DNA of 64,000 nucleotides from Histomonas meleagridis 2922-C6/04-290x (Eukaryota; Protista; Parabasalia). The position numbers and the translations under genes are program-made. The stretch spans positions 599,148 to 663,147 of the forward strand of contig JAANOX010000061.1 in the NCBI GenBank assembly GCA_020184695.1. Direction: 5' to 3'. This document shows positions 34,814-44,991 of this stretch, piece by piece; the stretch's first letter is position 1, and each line of letters starts with the position of its first letter. The notes beneath the pieces are model-generated. The model did no database searches, was not told the origin of the DNA, and worked only from the letters and a program-made list of their open reading frames with translations.

Positions 34814-37800
34814 ATGAACGAATTATCAACGCCACTCGATAATTCGCAGGAATTGTTGATCGACCCAGAGAACCCGAAGCAACTCGTCGAGGAACAAAAG
34901 GATGAGAACGAAGATCAATCAGATGGTGAATCTCAAAGTGAAATTCAACTCGTCGAAACAAAGTCACATTCGCGCGTTGTAGCTATTATCACAGTGATAC
35001 TGATTGACTTGATCATACCACTGATGCTTGTTTTATCCGCAATATCTGCAATGCAAGTCTTAGGTATTGCCTTCTTACTTCTTCTTTATATCCATGTTTT
35101 CGTATCAAACTCTATCAAAACAAGCTTTACGCCGCTGAAGATATGTCTATCAATAGATTTCGCTATTAATTTAATCGTTTTCATCTTCGCAATCGTTGCA
35201 TACAGCGTAGACTTCAGTCAAAGTGAGGCTATTCATATCATTGGACTTGACTTCAACAATATCATTTCCAAAAAGCCAACATTCAATCTGGTGACTTCAC
35301 TCATAGCTATGATTGGTCAAATCACTGTGCTGTCAATGATTGGCATGAGCGATGTTCAAGAAGTATGCCAAATCCGTATTAATGTCTTTAATTCGTTAGG
35401 CTTCCAACTCTTCTTAGAGTTTTTCTGGGTTGTCTGCAATGCCTTCAATGCGTCCACTAATATGTCATATGTATATATTCCAATTTTAGCATATTTCATA
35501 TATTCCAATATATCACAATCAATTACAGGTCGTGTAGTTTTGCCCAAGTTCATTGTTTGGATTGTTATGTTATATTCATTGTTATTTGCACTGTTTGAAC
35601 TATATATGGTATCTGATATTGCATATGAAGATAAGATTGAATCAGCCACCAAATATGTGTATATTGCACCAGATGCAACTAAAGCAGTGAATGTAGTTGC
35701 CGCAGTTATATTTGCGTTTATCTCCGCCCAAGAAATGTCAGCGCCAGGTTTAGACATCTGTAAGCCTAAGCCTATTCCATATGGATTATCATATATATCA
35801 CAAGGACTTTTATATATTGCATTCATTTGTGCATTTATCTATGGATGTTTCTATAGTAATTATTTCTCATTAGGTTGGATGTTAATTACATTTATGGCAT
35901 CATTTGTACCATTTAACAAAACGCGTAAATTCTTTTTCCCATTATTAACAATCTTCTTCACAATTACATTTATCGTCATAATATTAACAACATTTGATAT
36001 TATTCCTGAACCACCTGATGAAGGTACTGAAAGAACAAAAGAGTTTTTGATGTTATTTGGATTATATCGATATTCACATGATTTTACATTTAGTTGTTGT
36101 GGATTCTTCTTAAATTGTTTCTTCGGATTAATTGGTCGAATGATTCGAGCACGTGTAGTAGCTGAGACTTATAAACCAGAAGAAGATGAAGTTAATAATG
36201 AAACATTTGGCCAACGATTTAAACGTGGATTTAAGAAAGCTATGACATCATTTGTAGAATTTATATATATATTATTAAAGTTTGCAGCAATATTAGCAAT
36301 TGTTACATTAGGTATTACTGTTGGATTTTATGAAAATCGTTTTGCTTATCATATCCTTGGAGTTATATTTATCATTGTTGTATTATTAGGTCTATATAAA
36401 GTTTGGGTATTTAATATTCTTAAAACATTAACATTTTTAATAATAGTATTTGGAGCTTATTATAAGATTACTATTAATGATCGATGTATTAATCAATTAA
36501 ATGAATGTTTAATATTTGGACAATGGGATAATGATGTAAATAAAATGATTGACACAGGTTTAATACCACCAGTATCTCAATCATTTATGAGTTTTTCATG
36601 GGGATTAGTCATCATATATATATTATCTGTATTTTTAACTATTAATACTAATGCATTAGTTATAGATATGCCCGGATTTATATCACAAGCATTGTTTTTA
36701 ATTATAGCAATTTTACATTTCTTATATATGTTTTTATATGATACTAATTTCTTTAGTATATTGTTCTTATTAGTCGGCTTATCAATGATTACTTCACAAT
36801 ATTTAAAGAATATTAAATGGATAATAGTTTCATGTTGTGCTTCTTCTATTATTATTTCAATATTATTATGTTTACAAATGTTATCACATTTTGATGGACC
36901 ACGTAATTTCTTAGCTTCAACTATACCATTTATAATTGATATATCTCATATTCATGGACCTAATGGTGATATTATAATATTAGCTATAACATTATTTTTG
37001 TCAACATTTGCATTAAATATGAAAGAAACTAAACAACCGAATTTTTATATTGCTGGAATTATATATGAAATTCGATTAATTTTGGATTTGTTTTATTTCT
37101 ATTTATGTTGGATCTTTATATTTGCTTTTAGTATTATTAATAATAATCCTTCATTCATTAAATTTATTATAATGTTATTCTTTGCTTTTGGTAAATGGTC
37201 AGCTCCAATATTTTATAAGATTCGAATTCCATTTTTAATATTTAATATAGTATATGCAGTAGCTCAATATGTATCACATATCTTTGGATTTGATGATGTA
37301 ACTCAATCATATTATCCTATAATGAATTATGTTGGTATGTATTTCTCTGCACCAGGAAAACCTACAAAATCAGAACGTAATATTTCATTATTATTACAAT
37401 TAATTGTTATGTTAATTGGTATATTTAATATACCTCCAGTAGATCGACATGAATCAGATCCACGTTATGAAGCTATGTTACCTACTAAGTTATATAATGC
37501 TATATGTTCAATGTTACATCATTTCTTACCAGTTTTAATACAAATTTCATTATGTACTTCTACATTATATAATCCTTCTATCTTTGGTTGGTTATCATTT
37601 GTTATTATGATATTTGTTAACTTTAAACCTTCTGCATTAACTAATTCTGCTGGTGTTATTACTATATTATTTAATATTTGTTTCATCATTCAATATTTAT
37701 TATATTTAGGTTGGCCTACTGGTATATTCCCTGGATATTTTAATGTGATGAAATATATTAATGAAACTTCTTTATCAGACGAAACTAAAGTCTTTATAAA

Positions 37801-40800
37801 TGATTGGTTAAGATGGGCAGGTGTTTATGATGTTAAATCAAAAGCTTTAATTTCAAATTGTATATCTGCTTATATATTTACATTTTATATGACTTGGAGT
37901 AATAATTTTGTAGATTATGATTCTAGATTTAATGCTTTACCTGAATTATTAAAGAAAGTTATTAGTTGGATAGTAACTTATATATTTGAAATATTAATGT
38001 CTGTAATTTTAATTATAGCTGTAAGTATAGTTACTGTTGATGGATTTTTATTCTTTATTTTAGCTGCTTCTTTATTCTTGACTTCACAATTATTTGAATA
38101 TCCGAAATTGAAAACTTTATTCTTGTTATCGATTGTCACTTTCTGCGTAATTGCTTTACGTTTATTATCTAGAATGCCAATCTTTATAGAAACTGGTTTA
38201 GGTGAATGGATTAAACGTGCTTTTGATTTACCATTCCAAGGTGAATCTTCAACTGAATTTAATTGGATTATAATATATACTGTAGAAAGAGTTTGTATTC
38301 ATATCTTAAAGTCTAATATTTATGCAGAATGTTCAGGTGAACATTTAAGACATCAAGCATATAAATTCATACGTTCACGACAATTAAGTGTTATTGAAAA
38401 GATTGATCAAGAAATTCTAATTAAAAAACGTGAATTTGAAATGCAACAAATTCGTTCAATGACTGGTCAAAATGTAGAATTAATTATATCAAGTAATAAT
38501 AATAATGAAGTACAACAAAGTAAGAAACCTAAGAATAAGAATAAAAATGAACCTGAATCAGAGAAAGTAAAAGAAAAAGTTAACAAGAAAAAACAAATTA
38601 AAAACACTGGAATTAACTTCATATTAAATATAATTCCAACATTAATTAATAAATTTGTGAAATTATTAGCAAGATCATTACCAGTTAATTCAGAAGCAGG
38701 TGTAAATGTATTAACTCTAGAATCAATTATAGTATTTATGAAGAAATATTTAAGGTCATTAAGTTTAGGTAGAGAATATAAACCAGATCTTAAAGAAATT
38801 AACTTTTTGTCTTCATTACCACCTTCATTTCATTATCATTATCATATATTAGCAGATATAATGCATTATGATATCTATAATTCAGGTCAACGATTCCAAT
38901 TATTTTTACGTTATATATTATTTTTCATTCGTAAAATTTCATTACCTTTATTAACGTTAATATCATTAATATTCTTTTATGTTAAGCCATATTTCTTTGG
39001 TTTCTTAATATTATTATTTGTATTAATATTATTACCTTTAGATATTAGATCACCAATTATTTATAGAGCTTTCTTCTCAATAATATTAATAATGTTAGGA
39101 TTTAGAGCTTTATGTACAGTTGGTATATTACAAGAACAATTAGAAATATTATTAAATTCGGTACAAATTACTCAAATGGATATAAATGTAATATCATTCT
39201 TTGGGTTAAATCCAAATGAATCATCAGTCTTAGAAATATTAGTATTTTTATGTGCTGAATTATATATAGCTGATCAAATCCAACAAATACAAATATTTTC
39301 ACCTAAATATTATGATCAACAATTTAAGAAAGAATTGACTAATTACCCATTAGAATTTACTTATGGAGTAATTAATAATCCTGAAAATTCATTATCTTTA
39401 TTATCTGAAGGTGTACCATTTATAGAGCAAATTAAACGATCTTTAAGTCGATTAGGTTTAATAGAAACTTATCATCGAGGTTATTTGTTTATAGTTGATG
39501 TAATATCAATTATAACATTATTTGCTGAATGGAATAAATGGAGTCAAAATGATGCTTCTGCTAGTGGCGTCAGTATTACTCCTGCTTTTATATTTATATT
39601 ATTAATACAATTCTTATTTATGGTCATATGTTATGCTTGTTGTTTAAATAATAATCGAATTGTTTTGTTCATTATTAACTTAATAATGTTTGTTTATACT
39701 TATATAATTGTATATATTTATTTGCCTACTTGTAATAGAACGACTTTTGCATCATTACAATTCTTCTTCTTTACAAGGTTTTGTTCACATTTAATTATTT
39801 CTCATTTATGTTTTGTCGGTAGAACAATTTGTGCGTTGAAATTCCCTAATTTTGTTAAGGAATGGAGAAGTATTAACTTCTTTAATCGATTCATTCATAT
39901 ATTCCCATATTTATTTGAAGTACAAACAATATTATTATGGATTTCTAAGCCTACTTATGTATCATTAATTGATTTCTTCATAATTAGAGATATTAATATG
40001 CAACTTGAAGCATTAATAGCTAGTCAAAAGAATCCTAAGAAGAACATTAAACATAAGAATACTTATAATATATTAATCAGTGCAATAATTTTGGCACTTT
40101 TTGTTATTATTGTATTTGGTATCTTGTTCTTACTTTCAAGTAATTCTTCTTCTGGTACGAACAACCCTCCAATATCAGCCGAGATAGAGATAGGACTCAC
40201 CAACTTCCCGCCTCTGTTCACTGTTCAAGGTGTAATTATGTCAATCACATCAAACCAACATCAACAATTTCACGATACAAGTATTGAAAATTTGAATTCG
40301 TTAGTGCTGGCAAACGATGACTCTTTGTTTGTGGTGGGTTTCCCGACAGTTTCTTCTGAAAGTTGGATCCCTGATGATGATATATTACCTTCAATAACAG
40401 AAACTTTGACCTCCCCAAATGAAGTGACACCTTATGTTAAATTTAGTTTATTCTTTACTGAGCCAACTTCAATTTCATCGGTTCAAAACGTTGAATATCA
40501 AAATATAATTCAGCCGTTAACAGAACAACAAAAAATGGATTTGAATGATTTACTTAACGGTGGAAGTAGAGCTGAATTATTCCCAATTCCTTTGCCTTTA
40601 GCATTACTAATTCCAACTTCAGAAAGTATTAGAGGAATTGATAACTTCACAAGAGAAATGAGATTGGAACTTTTAGATGATACTTGGACAATTACAGGTG
40701 AAACTAATAATATTCCCGTGGAATTCTTAAGAACTGAAGGTTATACTATGGTAATTTGGTCACAGCCTGTAAGTGGTAATTTGTTGGGTTCTTCATCTTC

Positions 40801-41059
40801 GTCGTCACTTACAACTTTAATTATTTATTTGATTATTGTTATCGTAGTAGGTTTGGGTATAAGAAGAATCATTCTTGGAAAAATGAGTACGCTTTGGATA
40901 GATAATATGGAGGAGCCTCAAAATCTATATCGTATGATTGTGGCAATCAACGCGTATAGATCTGCTGGTGAAATGGCTAAAGAAAGTGAACTAACCGAAA
41001 ACCTTTTAGATATATTACGATCACATGAAAAGTGTGTAGCAATGACATCCAAAAAATAA
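34814..41059 (+). CDS. Piezo-family mechanosensitive channel-like protein
   Basis: Over 2000 aa with many TM segments; PYLFEVQTILLW matches the PF(x2)E(x6)W signature; C-terminal inner helix and CTD (IIYLIIVIVVG...DNMEEPQNLYRMIVAINAYRSAGE...ELTENLLDILRSHE). Confidence 0.85.
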   Translation: MNELSTPLDNSQELLIDPENPKQLVEEQKDENEDQSDGESQSEIQLVETKSHSRVVAIITVILIDLIIPLMLVLSAISAMQVLGIAFLLLLYIHVFVSNSIKTSFTPLKICLSIDFAINLIVFIFAIVAYSVDFSQSEAIHIIGLDFNNIISKKPTFNLVTSLIAMIGQITVLSMIGMSDVQEVCQIRINVFNSLGFQLFLEFFWVVCNAFNASTNMSYVYIPILAYFIYSNISQSITGRVVLPKFIVWIVMLYSLLFALFELYMVSDIAYEDKIESATKYVYIAPDATKAVNVVAAVIFAFISAQEMSAPGLDICKPKPIPYGLSYISQGLLYIAFICAFIYGCFYSNYFSLGWMLITFMASFVPFNKTRKFFFPLLTIFFTITFIVIILTTFDIIPEPPDEGTERTKEFLMLFGLYRYSHDFTFSCCGFFLNCFFGLIGRMIRARVVAETYKPEEDEVNNETFGQRFKRGFKKAMTSFVEFIYILLKFAAILAIVTLGITVGFYENRFAYHILGVIFIIVVLLGLYKVWVFNILKTLTFLIIVFGAYYKITINDRCINQLNECLIFGQWDNDVNKMIDTGLIPPVSQSFMSFSWGLVIIYILSVFLTINTNALVIDMPGFISQALFLIIAILHFLYMFLYDTNFFSILFLLVGLSMITSQYLKNIKWIIVSCCASSIIISILLCLQMLSHFDGPRNFLASTIPFIIDISHIHGPNGDIIILAITLFLSTFALNMKETKQPNFYIAGIIYEIRLILDLFYFYLCWIFIFAFSIINNNPSFIKFIIMLFFAFGKWSAPIFYKIRIPFLIFNIVYAVAQYVSHIFGFDDVTQSYYPIMNYVGMYFSAPGKPTKSERNISLLLQLIVMLIGIFNIPPVDRHESDPRYEAMLPTKLYNAICSMLHHFLPVLIQISLCTSTLYNPSIFGWLSFVIMIFVNFKPSALTNSAGVITILFNICFIIQYLLYLGWPTGIFPGYFNVMKYINETSLSDETKVFINDWLRWAGVYDVKSKALISNCISAYIFTFYMTWSNNFVDYDSRFNALPELLKKVISWIVTYIFEILMSVILIIAVSIVTVDGFLFFILAASLFLTSQLFEYPKLKTLFLLSIVTFCVIALRLLSRMPIFIETGLGEWIKRAFDLPFQGESSTEFNWIIIYTVERVCIHILKSNIYAECSGEHLRHQAYKFIRSRQLSVIEKIDQEILIKKREFEMQQIRSMTGQNVELIISSNNNNEVQQSKKPKNKNKNEPESEKVKEKVNKKKQIKNTGINFILNIIPTLINKFVKLLARSLPVNSEAGVNVLTLESIIVFMKKYLRSLSLGREYKPDLKEINFLSSLPPSFHYHYHILADIMHYDIYNSGQRFQLFLRYILFFIRKISLPLLTLISLIFFYVKPYFFGFLILLFVLILLPLDIRSPIIYRAFFSIILIMLGFRALCTVGILQEQLEILLNSVQITQMDINVISFFGLNPNESSVLEILVFLCAELYIADQIQQIQIFSPKYYDQQFKKELTNYPLEFTYGVINNPENSLSLLSEGVPFIEQIKRSLSRLGLIETYHRGYLFIVDVISIITLFAEWNKWSQNDASASGVSITPAFIFILLIQFLFMVICYACCLNNNRIVLFIINLIMFVYTYIIVYIYLPTCNRTTFASLQFFFFTRFCSHLIISHLCFVGRTICALKFPNFVKEWRSINFFNRFIHIFPYLFEVQTILLWISKPTYVSLIDFFIIRDINMQLEALIASQKNPKKNIKHKNTYNILISAIILALFVIIVFGILFLLSSNSSSGTNNPPISAEIEIGLTNFPPLFTVQGVIMSITSNQHQQFHDTSIENLNSLVLANDDSLFVVGFPTVSSESWIPDDDILPSITETLTSPNEVTPYVKFSLFFTEPTSISSVQNVEYQNIIQPLTEQQKMDLNDLLNGGSRAELFPIPLPLALLIPTSESIRGIDNFTREMRLELLDDTWTITGETNNIPVEFLRTEGYTMVIWSQPVSGNLLGSSSSSSLTTLIIYLIIVIVVGLGIRRIILGKMSTLWIDNMEEPQNLYRMIVAINAYRSAGEMAKESELTENLLDILRSHEKCVAMTSKK

Positions 41060-41641
41060 TTATTATTCATGAATAAACTAAGCTTCAATAAAAATAAAAC
41101 TTATTTTTTAAGTTAAAAATAGTTTACTCATATGATATTTTCTATAATCAATTGGATTTGAAATCAATTTTTAAATATTTTTTAATGATTTTATAATAAC
41201 ATTTGGTATTAATTTTTAAATTTGTTTTTTGTTAATATATTGGTTGACAATAATTTCTCGATGAGAAAAATTTAATTTTGCGGTACAAAATTGAGCGTTG
41301 AAGATTGCTTTCAAAAACTTGGGTTATAAACACTGAATTTTCAAATTGTCAACGGCAGTTTTGAGTGTTTTTGGTAGGAATGATAAACAATCGTAACATT
41401 CCATGAACACATTTATCAATGATTTTTAGAAGTTAATCCTTAACTTTCAATTATTATTCCTTCAATTTATCCTTATTCATTACTTTATGTCTTGTCCATA
41501 TAAAGTTTTTTATGATTCTTTCATCTAAAAAAATAAATAATCTAGTAACGGCCTATTACACAAAAAGTTGTTTTGCTTTTGATCAAAATCTAATAAAATT
41601 GAAGTGGGCTCTCAATATCTGTTGAAAAAGTTGAAAAACTC

Positions 41642-42949
41642 ATGATCCCAGCGCTTGAAAGCGTTTTTCCAATATTCACAGACTTTAAAAAAATAGGGCA
41701 AGGAAATAGTGGATCAGCATATTCAGCACGACATAAAAAACTTGGCTTCGAAATTAGTATCAAACAAATTGCTAAAGCTGATTTAGTATCAAAAAAGAGA
41801 GAAAATTTCTTCAACGAAATGTCCCTTCTTTATTGCGTTGACCATCCTTTTTTACCACAGTTTTTCGATTTGGTTGAAACTCCAGATTATTATTTTGTTC
41901 TCAATGAACTAATACCAAATGGTTCATTGTTAGATCTTGTAAGTCAAAAGAAATTCACTTACGAAGAATGTCAAGCAATATTTGCACAAGTTGCTTCTGC
42001 TGTTTATTATCTTCATACAGTTATGAATAGTGTTCATCGTGACATAAAACTCGAACATATTTTATTTGACAAGTATTCTAATGCACATCTTATTGATTTT
42101 GGTCTCTCAAAAATCCTCTATTCAACAAATCAAGGATTACATACAATTTGTGGGTCATATCCATATGTTGCTCCCGAGATATTCCAAAAAATACCGTATG
42201 GCAAACCAGTTGACATTTGGAGTTTAGGAGTATGTTTATATTCAATTGCAGTTGGTCGATTTCCATTTTCAGATTCCAGTATTCCAAATCTTATCAACAA
42301 GATATGTAATCAAGAGCTTCGTATTCCAAGTCGTGTACATCCTATCATAGCCGATTTACTTACCAAAATGCTATGTAAAGATCCATCGAAACGGATCACC
42401 ATCCAACAAATCTCCCTGCATCCATTCATCTCAGAGACTGATTCACGTTTTTTCTTCACGCAACAGTTCTATTTTGGGGAAGAGTACAAAGTGAAGTTAA
42501 AACCGATGCAACCGCCAAATGCGGCGGTTGTTGCCGAGATGGAGAAAAGCGGCTACAATCCCTGCAAGATAACAGAGCCTGGTTCTGAGGAGTCGATCAT
42601 ATACAAAGTGCTACGGAAGATGCAGATTGTTGAGATGATGAAAGTCAAAGTTAAGAATCTTCCAAGGTCATCAGTTCTTCGGAAAGATTTGAGTCTAAAT
42701 GACTTACAATATGAACAACAGCAACAAGAAATCGCGACCGCTGCGTCGGAATCAGCTTTGTTGAGTAATAAGTTGGCGGTTAGAAGGAGGATTAGATCAT
42801 TTCGAGGTAACCAATCAATGGTGCAAGTGATACCGGCGAGATGCGCATCGATATCAACGCAGTTGTCGCCGCAGCTGCTCATGGCAAGGAAACAAAGATA
42901 TCACGTCCAAAGGAAACATAGAACATTCTCTGATATTAATGATGTGTGA
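41642..42949 (+). CDS. CAMK-group Ser/Thr protein kinase
   Basis: GQGNSG, VHRDIKLEHIL, IDFGLS, CGSYPYVAPE, DIWSLG. Confidence 0.93.
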   Translation: MIPALESVFPIFTDFKKIGQGNSGSAYSARHKKLGFEISIKQIAKADLVSKKRENFFNEMSLLYCVDHPFLPQFFDLVETPDYYFVLNELIPNGSLLDLVSQKKFTYEECQAIFAQVASAVYYLHTVMNSVHRDIKLEHILFDKYSNAHLIDFGLSKILYSTNQGLHTICGSYPYVAPEIFQKIPYGKPVDIWSLGVCLYSIAVGRFPFSDSSIPNLINKICNQELRIPSRVHPIIADLLTKMLCKDPSKRITIQQISLHPFISETDSRFFFTQQFYFGEEYKVKLKPMQPPNAAVVAEMEKSGYNPCKITEPGSEESIIYKVLRKMQIVEMMKVKVKNLPRSSVLRKDLSLNDLQYEQQQQEIATAASESALLSNKLAVRRRIRSFRGNQSMVQVIPARCASISTQLSPQLLMARKQRYHVQRKHRTFSDINDV

Positions 42950-42997
42950 ATATGTAATTAAAAAATACTTTCTAAATATGTTTGACACGTAAAAAAA

Positions 42998-43340
42998 TTT
43001 GGAAGCGAGAAATGAAAATATTTTATGAAAATTGGATTCGGAATTTATTCTTTTTATCATATAAAGCGAATCAAATGAATTTATTTGTTGTTTTGAGATT
43101 ATGTTTTGTGTTTGCGTTTATTCAATGAGACGAAATATTAAAATATATTTTACTCTTTTCATTTATATTTTGGAAGCGAGAAATGAAAATATTTTATGAA
43201 AATTGGATTCGGAATTTATTCTTTTTATCATATAAAGCGAATCGAATGAATTTATTTGTTGTTTTGAGATTATGTTTTGTGTTTGCGTTTATTCAATGAG
43301 ACGAAATATTAAAATATATTTTACTTTTCATTTATATTTT
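42998..43340. repeat. two-copy tandem direct repeat, period about 171 nt, non-coding
   Basis: GGAAGCGAGAAATGAAAATATTTT begins at 43001 and 43172; copies are nearly identical. Confidence 0.93.
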
Positions 43341-43939
43341 TTTATTAGCATATTGGATGTATCCTATGATTATTCTTAATTAATCTATTTTTATTTATTA
43401 TTTTTATCCCTTTTCAGCTGAATACATGATTTAATATTTTTGTCCATAGCTTTTTTTTTCATACGAAAGAATTGATATACCAACAATATTAATGATTACA
43501 CCAAATATTATGAAGTTGGAAACTTTGCTGATATGTTTTATTTGAGAATGTAGGTAACGACATTAAATCTACTAAAGGATTTATGGTAAGATATGTGTAA
43601 ACTAAATTATGATGATACATTCAAAAGCTCACAAGAAGATACAACAACATTTTGTTGATCAGGAATATTACTATATATATAAAAAATATTCAAAACTCTT
43701 TGTTGTTTAGTAGTTTAAATGCTTCAAGTGAATCTAATTTCAAAATTTTGATTATTCATTATAATTATAATATTACAACATAATAATATTATGATAATAT
43801 TTTATATTTATTGAATACAATAAGTCAATACTTATCATTCTCTTCATTTTGCTTAGAAACAACTTTAAGTACTGTTGTACTTCGGGGATACTTGTTTAAA
43901 AAAATTATTCTTGAAAAAATACCTTTAATTTTTACGAAA

Positions 43940-44494
43940 ATGGGGTACACCAGAAAAGTCGTTACTGAAAAAAAAATCATTAATCCTAACTTAATTAAAA
44001 CCTTGCAAAAACAAACGTACAAAAAAAGCCCTTTTAATTCATGGGATCCTGCTCTTGAGGAAATGCTTTCTAAGCCAGTAGCACTAAATCTTAAGACAAA
44101 TCATTCCCAATGGAGAAAAGGAACTCTCAATGCTGCAACCAATTATTATTTCGATTTTGACTTCCAAGATGATACACAAAACTTGCCAACAAAAAACGGC
44201 GAATATCAAAAGTACAGAGAAAATATGATAAAAAAATTAATTCACAAACCTTTATCACCTCGAAAAAATTCATACAAAACTCGGGTAAGCTCCGGTTGTT
44301 CTCAAAAAAGAAAATCAAACCATCAATTTAAAGACAAAATGCAAATTGAAACAATTTTTTGTTCTAGGGAAAGAAGGATGAGTTTACAAATTCCAAAGCC
44401 CATTCTAGGGAAGTCTTCTCATCAGGTTGTCGCTCGGGAGTTCAATACATCGATGCCTCCATCTCTGCTTTCCCTCAAACCCAAAATAACATAA
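43940..44494 (+). CDS. hypothetical basic protein
   Basis: ATG at 43940 (MGYTRKVV) inside the 227-aa TTG-started ORF; coding-like composition. Confidence 0.6.
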   Translation: MGYTRKVVTEKKIINPNLIKTLQKQTYKKSPFNSWDPALEEMLSKPVALNLKTNHSQWRKGTLNAATNYYFDFDFQDDTQNLPTKNGEYQKYRENMIKKLIHKPLSPRKNSYKTRVSSGCSQKRKSNHQFKDKMQIETIFCSRERRMSLQIPKPILGKSSHQVVAREFNTSMPPSLLSLKPKIT

Positions 44495-44991
44495 ACTATT
44501 CAATCGGTATTAACGGGTCCAAACAGAAAACGATTATATTGTTATCAATTTTTTGTTAAATATTTAATCGTCTTATTTTTCAAAAAAATTGTACGTCTTG
44601 AAACCGTTTATTTGATTTCATGTGTGTAGCTACACCAAATGTAAATTTTTCATTATAGTTGTTAAGTAAATTTTTATGATGCAAAGCAAAACCAAGTGTT
44701 GCTTTATAACTTACAGTAATATTGCAATCTAAAATTTCTGATTTGATCTCATTGGCTTGAATTTGCTAGTGTTAATTTTATGCGTTTTATGATGATTTTT
44801 TTGATATAAGACACATATTTATGATGCCTAAATGAAAAGGCTCTCAACATGTTTCAAAAAAAAATTTCTAATAAAAATTAAAAACAAAATAAAGTATATG
44901 AAATATAAATTTTTATAAATTAAACGCATTTTTGAAGACATAATTTTTTATAACATCTAGATTCTTTGAGTTAAATTTCTTTTTCGATTTT

